A DNA stretch of 44,566 bases from Geosiphon pyriformis uo1 (GCA_016748015.1 JAAOMT010000140.1:1-44566); one strand, 5' to 3'; shown: positions 24,701 through 37,289, counted from the first letter of the stretch. Made by a program: numbers and translations. Notes: generated by a model not told the origin, from the sequence alone.

Positions 24701-27400
24701 TTTTTAAATAGTAATTATTGGCATGTTTATCAATTTAATCAAAAACTTAATTATTGATCCAGTTATTAACTTGGTTATTGACTTTATCATTGACTTTATT
24801 ATTGATCATCTTTATTAAAAAATATATAGATGAGATTTTTCAAAGTGTTTAACAAAACAAAAATCAAGATCATAATTTCTTTTTTTTTTCTTAATTTGTA
24901 TTTGTGTTAGCTTTTATAAAGTACTTTCGAATAAATGAATATTAAAAAGCAATTATTATTTGTTATTAAATTCTAAAAACATCAATTTAGACTATTTTTT
25001 ATCTTGAAATTTTTTATAAAAAAATTAACAACTGAAATTTTTATCACACTGATCTTGTATATTTTTTAATAAAGTTAAAATTTTTGCAATTTTGTATAGA
25101 AATAATAATATAAGAGTTAAACATAATAATTATAATTTTTTAATTTTTGAAAAATACCAAAAATTTATAATAAATTCAAAAAAAATTTTATTCATATTCA
25201 AAAAAATTCGTAAAATTACAACAGTTTCTTTTAATATAAGTTTAAAAATTGCCAATTAATTTAAAAGATTAAAAATTAAAGATAATAAATTTTTCCAATT
25301 TGAAATAATACATACACATTTGTTTTAAGAAACAAAATAAATATTTTAACAAGCAATTTAAATATTAAATAAAATCGTTGGATAGATTTTATTTAAAAGA
25401 TTATAAATTGGTCTGAATAAAAATTATATATGTTTCTATTAGATGAATAAAGTAATTATATAATTAATAATTATAAATTTTGATTAAAATTTTGATTAAA
25501 TAATGCAAAATAATATATGTTAGATTTAAGATTTTCTTAAACAGTTTAAAAAAATAGAACAGCTTTGATAAGTATTATATTGGTTGCAGTTTGATCACTT
25601 AATTTCAAAGTAATTATAATTTGTGTTTGGGTTTCAGATTTGTAATTAATAAAATTATATATTTTTATGTGCTAATTAATAATAGTTGTTTTAATTATAC
25701 AAAAAAGTTTAAAAGACAAAAAAGTTAAACACCTAAAATTTAAAAGAAATAATTTTATACATTAACAAAGGATCACTAAATATTATTCTAAAATTATAAA
25801 TTAAAACAAAGAATATAAATGAAATAAAATTTTTGCGAACAAATAATATTTTAATTTAAAGTCCCAAACAAAAAACTTTAATATCTTCCTTCATAAGATT
25901 TCTTAAAAATAATTTCTATTTTTTTTATTAAATTTGTAAAGGAGATTTGTTTTTTCATTTTACTAATATTCAATTTATTTGGCTTTAAAAACTTGTTAAA
26001 ATGTAAGTTATACAAAATTACTATTTCATATTTATATAAATAGTTAGGTGAATATTTTGATAAATTATTATCTAAAAAGTAATTAGTTTTTTAAGCAATT
26101 AATAATTTACTTTTTCATTATAAAATAGAAACTTTTTCAAAACAAAAAGTATATAAATATTATTTATTTTGTGTATAAAAATTAATTAAGTTTGTAAGAA
26201 ATATGTTATCAGATAATTCAAAGAGTTCAATACTTGAAAGAAATTATATTTGATTAAGCTTCGTTTGATTACAATTTTAGTTATTTGCATATTAAAATAA
26301 GATTTAAAATCTGACTTCAAATTATATCGTAAAATAATATTTCTTTTGACTATTTATTGTTTTAGAATAAATTTAAAAATAAATTTAAATTCTTTCACTA
26401 ATTTTCATAAAAATATTTTTACAGTTTGAAAAAACTATTTTGTATATTTTAGATATTTAATTTGGCAATTAAATTAATAATTAAGTATAGAGTTGAATTA
26501 ATAATCAAGTTAACAATTAATTTAAAATAAAAATTATGTTAAAATTTTTTAAGTAATACATAAAATTGTATTATTTATTTATATTTACAAAATTATTTAT
26601 CATATTTAATTGTTTTTTTCATATTTATAATAATAATAATTTTAAAAATCAATACATATTAGATTTTATTAATATTTACACATATAAGAAATTTTGAATA
26701 ATGTTTATAAAATGATAATTGATTTAAAATTATAATGAATAATTTTTAATAAAACATTTATTATAAAATGACTGTTCAATTAATTGTAATTTATGTGATG
26801 TTTATTATAATATTTAAAATTTTTAAATTATACAAATATAATTGATTACTTTAAGTAAGATTTATTTATTATATATGTTATTTTCCTTTTATTTTATCAA
26901 TTTTAATAACAAGTTTTCATGAATAAATAATTACAATTAATAATTTTGCTATTTAATTATTAATTAAGTAATAAAAAGTAATGTAATAGTTTTAAATTAA
27001 AAATTATTTTATTTAAAAAACAATTATTAATTTTATTAAAAATTTTTTGGTCATTTATAAAATTTATTCATTTATCATTTCAATTTATAACAGTAATAAA
27101 ATTATTTTCGTGCATAAAATTTAAATTATTTTTAAATTAAGTTGTCAATAAATTATTCAAATACCATAATAATTAACTATTCATATATATTTTTATGAAT
27201 TATATTTAAATATAATAAATTTATTTATGGACATTAAAATAACAAGTTAAAAATCTTGTAATTACTTATTTTGCAATAGTTTTAAAGAAATTATTTAAAA
27301 TTGTAATAAATTATATAAATAATCAAAACACCTGGTTTCCTATTTTTATCAAATTTCATATTGTTTTCTAATTAATTTTTTTGAGATAAAAATGAAATAG
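21800..27400. repeat. Extremely AT-rich tract, probably eroded transposon/repeat DNA
   Basis: C and G are very scarce and there are no ORFs. It contains the degenerate 12-bp-period motif (TTrGTyATTrAC) at 24720-24815 and, inverted, at 24250-24335; the same motif occurs at 35970-36055 and 42120-42175. Confidence 0.5.
24073..24116. repeat. (AATTTTGT)5 tandem repeat
   Basis: Read directly from the sequence. Confidence 0.9.
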
Positions 27401-28146
27401 AATTTTTTACATACTGTAAAGTCACGAAAATAAGCTTATTTTCAGCATTTAAAAGTTTCGATTGAAAAACCAATTACTATTTTGTCGAATGGTATTGTAA
27501 TGTTCAAATCATGAATTTATTATTTGACTCTTAGTTCCAATATATATTTACTGTAGGTTCGAATTTAACACATTGAAATGGTTTATAAGCCTGACCAATT
27601 TGATAAAAAAGTTTATGGTTGAAAAACGGCCAGTAATAAAACTTTTCTGCTTTAATGGTAAACAAACTATAACGACAAAAAAAAAATTTTAATAAAAATA
27701 TCTATTATTAAAGCATAACTTCAAAAGATAACCCTTTTTAATATTTACAGAATGAAATTGTGAAATAAACTAAAATCTTAATATCTAAGTAAATTTATGA
27801 TAATTATGATTCTGAGTTTAATAAACAGTGATTAATGATTCAATGGTGTGCTAAAAGTAAAGGCTATGTAAGGAGTAATGATAAGTTTTATGATGCCTAA
27901 GTCTTAATCGTTATTGTTGTTGCTGTTATTGTTCTACAAATGAATTGAACTACTCACTTAGGCAAAATAATAATGAGACTTGTATGGTGTCTTATGTTTT
28001 GTTAACATAGAGAAACACCATAAATGACAACTCCGTCTTTAAAAGATTACTTACTAAACGTACTATCAAATAAACTATCGAAAAAAACTCTTCAAATAAT
28101 AATCTATTTACACTTTATCCTTTGTCCTTTGTCCTTTATCCACATC

Positions 28147-28830
28147 ATAGAAAACAAAGAAATTAAAAGTAGTTGTCCAGAAGGTCATAATTGCAACCTG
28201 TATGAAACAAGTCAATGGAGTATTAAATAAAATAGTGTTAATAATTATTATAATGCATGCAAGTCCATATTTTTCGAAAAACTTTACCGCAACTTTTCAA
28301 GCGGCAATAAAGTAGTCGATAAAATAATTAAGAATTCAATCTGTATTCCAACTAAGAGTAATAGTGGCTATTTGAAGTACTATGAATGGAGTGTTTGTCG
28401 GATATCAATGAATTTGATAGAGGAAGGTTCAGTATAATTTATAGAGCAACACGGATTGATGGATTAATTAATCCACATAGTATAAAACATCATGGTAAAA
28501 TGGAGTATTCAAGAAAGAAAACCAATTTTTTGGGAGCAGAGGTGGAAGAGATGAAAGTAACAATAAAAATAATGAAGAATAGTGAAGAAGTGTTTAAAGA
28601 GGTAAACAAAGTATCTATTATTTATTCTATTTATGATATTATTTATTTACTGTATATTATCTATTTACAGTTTTACACTGTGTTGATAGTTAAATATTCA
28701 AAGAGCTATGTTTATTAATTACCCTATATATTTATCTCTCCAATATAGGGGATTACGCAAAACGCTGAAACACTCGAGTATGGAATTGTGATGGAGTTTG
28801 CTAAATATAGAGACATGCGAAAATATTTAT
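28147..28830 (+). pseudogene. TKL kinase paralog K3, 5' half only
   Basis: The start is mutated ATG>ATA (28147), Cys residues are lost, there is a TAA at 28228 and a frameshifting deletion in YEWIPWE. It retains NFSSGN, RGRFSIIY, the conserved intron at 28602-28689 and GITQNAETLEYGIVMEF, then ends abruptly after MRKYL. Confidence 0.9.
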
Positions 28831-30448
28831 AATTATTATCATCCGAAGCGCCGCAGAGAAAGTTCATTTTTCACATGTTTCACATATTCCTCCTTCTATA
28901 TCATTTCCATTCCCAACCGCTGTTATTGTGATGAATACCCGTAGCAAGCTAGTGACTTAACCTTTATATGAGAGAATTAATTTAATATCGTAAAAGTTTT
29001 AGCGAACTCTATTACTTGAAATTAGCCAAAGGGCTCAAGAAAATTGAAGAAAGCTTTTTTAGGGAGTTCAAACCTAAATATTTTATTTAAGTAAGAAATT
29101 AGCTAACTCAATTAGAATTAATAATATAGACAGTATAAAATCAATTAATAATAGAAAAAATTGAATTAAACATTTTTTCATTTTGAAAAAATCATGTTTA
29201 AAACTTAATATAAATATATTATCATAAAAAAACAAATGAAAAATAAAAGGACATGTGAATAAAATTATTAATAATGTTACAATATTAAAGAAATTATACA
29301 TGAATTAAAATAGAAATAACTAGTAAAAATTAATTATTAGATTAATTATCAGCTGAAAAACAATATTTTTTATAAATACAATTTTTTTTTTGATTATAAA
29401 AAATCCAAAATAATTTTATTATTATTAATTTTTTTGTTAAATAAAAACTTTATTTAAAAAAAAAAGCGAGATTCATTAAAATTATAATGTTTAAAATTTT
29501 CTAAATAAACGAAATTGATTAAATTAAAATGACAAAACAATTGAAAATTTATAATTATGCAGATTTTAACAATTTTTTATTGATTTGATTAATTATTAAA
29601 AAAGTTACATTGAAAATTTAATCAAATATTTTTGGGATAAAAGATTGAATAACATTTAAAGTTTGAATTTAAAAACTAAGTAAGGTTTTTAAAATGACAA
29701 CTAGATTTTTAATGGTTATCATTTTGTCCTTTAATTCTTCAATATATATTTTTCTTATCAAAATTTAAAGCAAAAATATTTTAGACTTTTCTATGGTTTA
29801 AAAAATAAACCAGAAGATAGTTGAAATTTTAATTTTTATAAAAAAGTGGTTCTCAATCAAATTTAATTTAAAAATCTTTTGACTCAAAGACTTATTTTTA
29901 TAAGCAATAGTAATCAAGCTTAAAAAATAAAAAATCGAAAATTAACCTCTTGGTTTCAATTTCTTTAAAAAATATTTGAGAAATAATCAAAGTTTTTACA
30001 TGAAAGTATCATTATTTGATAAAATTGATACTAATATCCAAAGATTTTTGATTTTAATTTCATATAAGGTTAATGGTCAACTTTAAATTAATCAAATCAG
30101 ATATGCAAATAACAAAGTTCATTGGTATTAATTATATAACATTGGTATTTAACGATACCAAAATCACCATGTTAATTCAAGTTTAATATTTAGGTTGATG
30201 AACGTGACATTTCAAAGGTTAAAAAAATTAAATTTATTTGAATAGGTAAAATTTATCTGGGTGGCTAGTCACGTGTAAAAAGCACACGATCCTCTTTTAC
30301 TTTAGAACATGTATACGATCCATGTACGCGGACTCCACTCACTTATGACAATGAAGCAATTAACCTTTAATTTTTAAATAAATAAATGAGTAGAAAAAGG
30401 CATTTTATCACATTGATTATCTATCAGATGAACATAAAAAATACTATT

Positions 30449-32002
30449 TTACGGAAGGTAGATAAAGTCTATTTGAAAATTCAAATAAAAGAAACTTAGC
30501 ATATTAATTTACTTAATAGATTCATCAATTGAAAAGCTTATAACTTATAACTTTTATGAACTAACCTTTTGATTCTTCAATCCTTTGCCAACTTAAAACA
30601 CGACTTGTAAAAACTGCTCCTGGATGAATGCGCGTTGGAGTTGTTGTTTCCGTGTCGTTTTTTACCATTTCTTTTACATATTCCTCTGATTCTAAAAACT
30701 CGAAATTCCTACGCGAAATTTTATCCAACTTCTGTCTAACTTCTTTCGCAGTAGGACGATTCTTAGGATTACCATCCCAACACATTTCAATTATTTCAGC
30801 AATTGAAGGTGGAATAAGGGGAGAAGTAATCTTAGGTCTCAAACTATTAAAAACAATGTCAAATATGAGATCGAGGTCATGAGGAAGATCATGAAAAGGA
30901 GGCTTTCCTGTTGCTAATTCCCATAATAACATGGCGTAACTATAAATATCACCAGCTGTTGTAAACTTTTCTCCTCTTAAAACTTCTGGTGGAATGTATG
31001 GAATCACTCCATAAATATTTTTTTTCTTTGTTGCTTTTCCTGTTGTTGTTTCTTCATGGTTTACTGGTTGACATAATCCAAGGTCTCCAATATTTATATA
31101 ATCATTCTTCAATTGTAGAATGTTGCCCGAGTGTAGATCACGATGAACCATATCATAATAATGAATATTATAAAGTCCAAAAGCTATCTGATGCGCGATA
31201 CGTAATTTACAAGCCCAACTCATAGAATGAAAATTTGTTGATAAATATTTTCTCATGTCTCCATGTTTAGCAAACTCCATCACAATTCCATACTCGAGTG
31301 TTTCAGCGTTTTGCGTGATCCCCCATATTGACGTGATACCAATGCTTGAATGGTGACCCATGTGATTATAGTTAGGTCTTTGAATATTTAACTATTAACA
31401 GTGTATAAAAGCAAATAGATAATATGATAAATCGACCAAATAGATAATATAAATAAATAGATAATAATATACAGTAAATAAATAATTGGCAAATATGAAT
31501 TAAATATAAACATAAATAATAATAGTTTGTTTACCTCTTTAATCACTTCTGAGCTGTTCCTTTTTATGATTTTTATTGCTAGGTCATCAATCTTTTTTCC
31601 CTTATGATTAGCTCTTTCTCTTTCATATTCCATTTCACCATGGTGTTTTATAGTATATTTATCAATGAATCCATCAATTAGGGTTGCTTTATAAATTATG
31701 CCGAACCCTCCTCTAGCAATTTCGTTTATATTCGACAAACTCTCCCATGGAATCCATTCATAGTAAACCAATCTATATTTACATAAATCATTATTATTAG
31801 GTCTAATATAGACTGGATTCTTAATTATTGCATCAACTGCTTCATTGCCGCTTGAAAAGTTGCGGTAAAGTGTTTCAAAAAATATGAACCAGCATGCTCT
31901 ACAAGAATTAGGACCATTTTTTTCAATACACTCTTGACAGTGTGAGCATAGGTTACAATCATGAGCCTCTGGACGAGTTCTTTTAATTTCTTTGTGTCTC
32001 AT
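30449..32002 (-). CDS. TKL protein kinase K4 with all catalytic motifs intact, ~437 aa. Exons: 32002-31535, 31391-30566, 30468-30449
   Basis: Motifs: RGGFG, LAIK, KE|L, HRDLHSGN, DLG, YIPPE, DIYS, CWD, RPT, HPGAVFTSR. The last exon DFIYLP* is homologous to the 21-nt micro-exon of the paralogs. Confidence 0.9.
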
Positions 32003-32429
32003 GATGTAGATAAGTGCGGATAAGGTAATAAATGTGAAAAATTTAATATTCGAAGAGGGATTTTTTAAAGCTTTATCCGATAGTGCGTTTAGAAAGTAAA
32101 TCTTAAAGGCGGCGTTCGTATTTATATTATTCACATAGTTTAATAAATCAATTTAACCTTAAAAAATAGAATTACTAAACAGGTTAACTATGAACAAATT
32201 AGTCTTTATTTGGCGTAATTTGGGCCTTATAGCTACTTAAATTTATAGGATAACAGCAACAACAACAATAATGATAAAAACGACTTAGCAAAATAGTTTC
32301 TCAGTTTCTCTCTAAACTAAATTCGGTCTAATACATGAAAGTTTTAGATATTAAGAGAATTTCTTCTCTTACTTCATCTATAGGAAAGTTTTTATAAAAC
32401 AAACTAATTAGCAAGCCTAAATAGGTTGG

Positions 32430-32600
32430 GCGCAAAAACACCTCTTTTCACGAAAAAAAATCCGTTTAGCCAATCCCGAAAGATCGCTCTATAAAAATCA
32501 AGATAAGGTTATATTATTTCACGCAAACAATGAATGTCGAAATGTATGTTGAAATGCTCAACGAACATCTTTACGAGATTTAAGAATTAATGGGAAAAGG
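32430..32600 (+). mobile_element. Tc1/mariner transposase relic (internal DDE-domain fragment)
   Basis: It encodes IPKDR and QTMNVEMYVEMLNEHL, and shares CAATCCCGAAAGATCGCTC and ACGCAAACAATGAATG with 40890-40980. Confidence 0.65.
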
Positions 32601-32659
32601 TAGCAGTAGTTATTATTATTTGTTGCTGTTTTTTCTTACTGGTAACAACAGACAAAGAG

Positions 32660-32990
32660 TCTCAAATGAAACAGTTGATAGAAACAGAGACTATATAAAA
32701 ACATATTAAATAATGTCCCAACAATAAAAACAGTAGAAATTCATCCAGGAGCAGTTTATAAAGAATTGTGTTTTAACAATGCTTATTTTAATTGACTTAT
32801 TAATTTAATTATTATACAGTTTATATTAATTTACTTTTTTTCATAATGGAATTTATTCTATTTGCCAAAGGTATGAAATTATAATAAATAAAATTTAAAA
32901 TGTACTTTATGCTTGTGTTATTTTTTTCTTTTAATGTTTATTATATTTAAAGAATTCTTAATAGATTTAATTGTGAACGGACATTTGAAT
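32660..32990 (+). pseudogene. Kinase 3'-end relic (tail plus micro-exon remnants)
   Basis: It encodes QMKQLIETE and IHPGAVY, with a micro-exon remnant ..TTCTATTTGCCAAAG|GTATG and a terminal-exon remnant. Confidence 0.7.
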
Positions 32991-33004
32991 TTTTTTGTTT
33001 CGTT

Positions 33005-33325
33005 ATCCAACATCCCTTATTCCATTTTGTATTGCCGAAATAATTGGGATGCTAATCCTGAGAGTCTATATATATGGTAAGAATCACTCGACAACAAAAA
33101 CTTCAACGAAAACGAGCATTAATCCAGGAGCAGTTATACAAGTAGTGTTTTAAATTTGCAAATGTTTGAAGCAACAAAAAGTTAGTTTATCTAAATTATA
33201 AGTGATAAACTTTATAATTAAATAATCTATTGGTTAATTTAATAAGCGAAACTTTTTTTTATTTTAATTTTCAAATATCATTTTTAAAACAGAAATTATT
33301 CACTTACAATAGACGACTATTAATA
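33005..33325 (+). pseudogene. Second kinase 3'-end relic
   Basis: It encodes SLIPFCIAEI, WDANPE, INPGAV and TSSVLNLQMFEATK|GTTAGT, followed by a K4-like last intron and a terminal AG|ACGACTATTAA. Confidence 0.75.
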
Positions 33326-33372
33326 CACCCAATCACTTAATCGTGATCGATAGTCTTCATAGCAAAAAGTAT

Positions 33373-34093
33373 ATGGCTAATGGCCTTTGTTCAATTCATT
33401 ATTCTAGTATAGTTCATCGTGACCTATACTCGGGCGACATCCTACAATTAGAAAAATATAGAGTAAATATTTGCGACCTTGGATTATGTCAACCCACAAA
33501 CCATGAAGCAACAATGACAGGTAAAGACGCGAAGAAAAAAAAGATATATTGAGTGATTCCATACATTCTACCAGAAGTTTTAAGAGGAGAAAAGTTTAGA
33601 ATGGCTGGTGATATTTATAGTTTTGCATTGTTATTATGGGAATTAGCAACAAGAAAGCCTCCTTTTCATGATCGTTCTCATGACCACTTTCTCGTGATGG
33701 ATATCCTTTATAATGACATTAGACCTAAGATTATTCTCACTTATTCCACCTTCTATTGCCGAAATAATTGTAAAGTGTTGGGATATTAATCATGAGAATC
33801 GTCCTACTGCGAACGAACTTAAGTTGAAGTTCGAGGGTTCGTCCACGGATTCCGAATATATAGGATCGGAGAAATACGAAGAAGGAATGTTAAAGAACGG
33901 CTCAAAAATAACAACAACAACGCCAACGCGCATTCATCCAGGAGCGGTTTATACAAGTCGTGTTTTAAGTTTGCAAATAATTGAAGAAACAAGAGGTTAG
34001 TTTATCTATTTTTATATAAATATTTTAATTATTATACATATTAAAAATTTATATTAATTTACTTCATAAAAGGATAAGTGTATTTCCCTGAAG
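33373..34093 (+). pseudogene. TKL kinase paralog K5, C-lobe only
   Basis: It has HRDLYSGD and CDLG, a GGA>TGA stop at 33550, a frameshift near 33735, HPGAVYTSRVL, and a 21-nt micro-exon at 34073-34093 containing a stop. Confidence 0.9.
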
Positions 34094-34269
34094 GTAAGAA
34101 TATATATGCTAAATTAAATTTATAAGCGATATACTGAATTCTAGATAGGCTTTATTAGTTAATAAAATTTAATTTACAGTATATTAATTATAAAGGTTAT
34201 TAGATGTTAAAATAGATAATTTTAAAAAGGATATTCTCTCTTCTACCTAATCTCAATCATGTTATTGAG

Positions 34270-34575
34270 TGTTGCCCGAGTGTAGGTCACAATTATCAGT
34301 TTTTCTTTTATATTCCCTTTCTCTTTGAACAATTATTGCTTAACTATGAATAATCTAAGTAGCTTTCGTACACAAAGATATCAAGTTAGTTTCCCATTGT
34401 CTTTTTGCCTAAATGAGTAGTTCTAACAGATCTGTGAATAAGAGCTTAATCACTGCTACTTAAAAGTATTAAACTGATTGAAAAACATAAAACCGAAACA
34501 ATATCATAAATTTACTTAGAAAAATGAAATTAATATAGGGATCAGATATTTAAAATTTAAACGTGATTCGATGCA
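34270..34575 (-). pseudogene. Collapsed minus-strand kinase relic (upstream element plus two ~20-nt coding scraps)
   Basis: Collinear on the minus strand: upstream element at 34575-34340, an exon-1 scrap (EYKR) at ~34321-34304, and a catalytic-loop scrap (DLHSGN) at 34290-34270. Confidence 0.6.
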
Positions 34576-35959
34576 TTTTATTAACTTTATAATTTGGAAA
34601 TTGAAAAACTCTAAATGCATTTTTCCTTTCAAACTAACTTTAATAAAAACACCAAGTTTTTTTTAAAAATTTTCAGATATTTTCATTTTGGATTTCTAAA
34701 TATTTAAATTTTTATTTATAATTTTTTCTTTATAGTTTTAATTTTTTTAAAATTAAAATAAAAAAGTTTTATTAACGCTCAAAAATAACTTTAAATTTGC
34801 AAATAAAATTTTTGATCATTAATTCAAACCTATTTTTTGTTAAACCTAAATTTAACAGTGAATGTTCACTATTAATCGAGAAATACTAACATCAACTTAA
34901 ATACACAATAATATATTTTTTTAATAAAATGATATTCTGTAACAGCATTCAAATTATTATATATTTTTTATTCTATATATTTTAATTAAACTATATGTGA
35001 TTTAATTATAAATTTCAAGTTTTAATAAATTAAAAAAAATTATTTTGCTTAATACACAACATAATGCAAACTGGTACTAATTAAAATAAATACACTAAAT
35101 TTTATTACAAAGTATAATTTTTGGCAAAAAATTTCTTAAATGCGATACATTTTTTAATTAATTTTTATTCAATTTTCGTTATTTATTTGTTAATATCAAA
35201 ACTAAATATATGAGACTAATTTTTATGACTTACTAAATTAAAGAATATTACTTTATTAATATTATCAATTTTTATTGTTAAACTATTACTTAATAAATTA
35301 AATAAAACTATTCTTTATTATCTAATTTAAATATTAATTTCTTTAAAACAAAGTGTTTTTAACTTTATATTTTAAAAATTTTGATTTACAAAGCAAATTT
35401 TGATATGCTTTCTTAATTTTTTTAAAAAAACCTTTTTAGGTCTATAGTTTCTTCTAACTTGAATTTAATTCGTTATTACATATTGAAAAAAAAGTACAAT
35501 AATTAATAAAAATTTTTAAAAAGGAATTATATCAAAATTGAATTTTAGAAAATAATTAAACTGACCAAACATTTGTTGTGAATTTAAAAAGCCATTATTA
35601 AAATCACATTAGAATTTTAATTATGATTAAATAAATTAATTACTCTTTAAATATGTTTGTGAGCATTTGTGTAAATAATGAACCACATTTTGTAAAAACA
35701 ATTAAAATAAATATAATAGATTATAAAATAGGTTTTAGATAATTACACAATAATTTTGATGACTTTTTTAACTTTTTACTTTAATCATTCTTTTATGTTT
35801 TTTAGTGATAAAATTAATTGTAATAATATATTTTAAATTTTTTGATTAATTAAGTAATAATTAAATTAAAAAACAATGTTATAATTATAATTTTATTAAT
35901 AATATTATAATTCTTATTTTCTTTATTTGATTATGTTTCAATTATTGATGTTATATTCT

Positions 35960-36330
35960 ATATTTGAAATTATTTGTTAACTTCATTATTAATTTAATCA
36001 ATAATTTGATCATTGACCAAATCTCTAACTTAGTCATTAACTTGGTTAATAATTTTTTTAATAAATATAAATATAAGATTTCTAAAAGCTATAAAAAATA
36101 TTATAAACAAAAACATTCAAACCATTTTATCTTTTTCTTACTTTTTTGATTTGCATATTAATAAAAGTTTTAAAATTAATTCAAAATTATTACTTTAAAG
36201 ATATATGAATTATAATGCGCTTTAAAATAAAAGGTTTTAAATATATTGTTTTAAAATTAAACTATATAAATATTTTAATAAAAGTTTTTCTTTAATTTTA
36301 ATAAACCATATTTTTAAATCCTAATAGTAA
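35960..36330. repeat. Degenerate interspersed repeat, also at 42120-42250 and 43310-43470
   Basis: Shared blocks include AATTTGA.CATTGACCAAA..TCTAA.TTAGTCATT.ACTTG and AAATTAATTCAAAATTATTA..AAAGA.ATAT. Confidence 0.6.
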
Positions 36331-37289
36331 AATTAAAAAGGAAAACCAAAGCTAATTTTGTTTTAAAAAATTCAAATATTATAAAAGCAATAATATCTAT
36401 TTATATTAATATGATATGTGTAAATTAAAAATATACTATTATAAAATCTTTGATTATTTAAAAAAACATAATATATGAAATTATTATAATAATAACTAAG
36501 TTCATTCTATTATAAATCAACTTAAAATTAAAATTAATGACTATTTATGTAATTTAAAAGCAATTTTTTTTTTATAGTTGAAGATTTTCTAGATAAGTAT
36601 AATTAATCTAAATTGAAAATTTGCAATTATTTCAATTGGATATTGTGGACACAAAATTAGAAATATTGTAATTAGTTGATTGATACTTTATGTGGAAACA
36701 CTTTTTCAAAAAATTATACTCTAAATTATGATTGTGATAATTTATAAAACCAAGTTCAAATTCTAATAACAGCTGATTTGCTGAGGATACTTAAAAATTA
36801 TGTTAAAAATTCAACTCTTAGAAATTAATTGGAGAATGTATATTTTTGAGGTAAGAGATAGAAAGATTTTCAAAAATTAGAAAATAGTAGAATTTCTTTT
36901 TGAATATCTGTTTTTACGAAAAAATTGTTTGGAATTAAGTTTGATTTAATTCAAGCGAAAATAGTTAAAATTAGTTTTTTACTCAAATAATCATGTAAAA
37001 ATTTTTATTACTAATTCTCACACGGACCACATGACAGTCACCATAAGTCAAACAGAGCGTATGATAAGGTTGATAAGTGAATAATTTTATAAAGGGTTAA
37101 CGCTCGATCTTTTGATTGATCAAAACACAATTTTATTATTAAATTATAGTTACAAATTGAGAGATCAAAAAAGTACCTAAATTTTAATAATATTCGGTTA
37201 ACGATAACCCATTTACTGTCTATTTAGTTAAACTTTCAATATGAAAGAATATTTATTTGAATTTAACATATAAAATAGAGACTTTTCAA

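Noticed and set aside
30628-31225. Plus-strand ORFs at 30628 and 30989, and similar ORFs at 37928 and 17186
   Set aside because: They are antisense shadows of real exons.
32003-32134. 44-codon N-terminal extension of K4 (and of K3 from 28024)
   Set aside because: K4's starts at GTG, and the homologous sequence is not open in K2 or K6; it is most likely 5' UTR or promoter.
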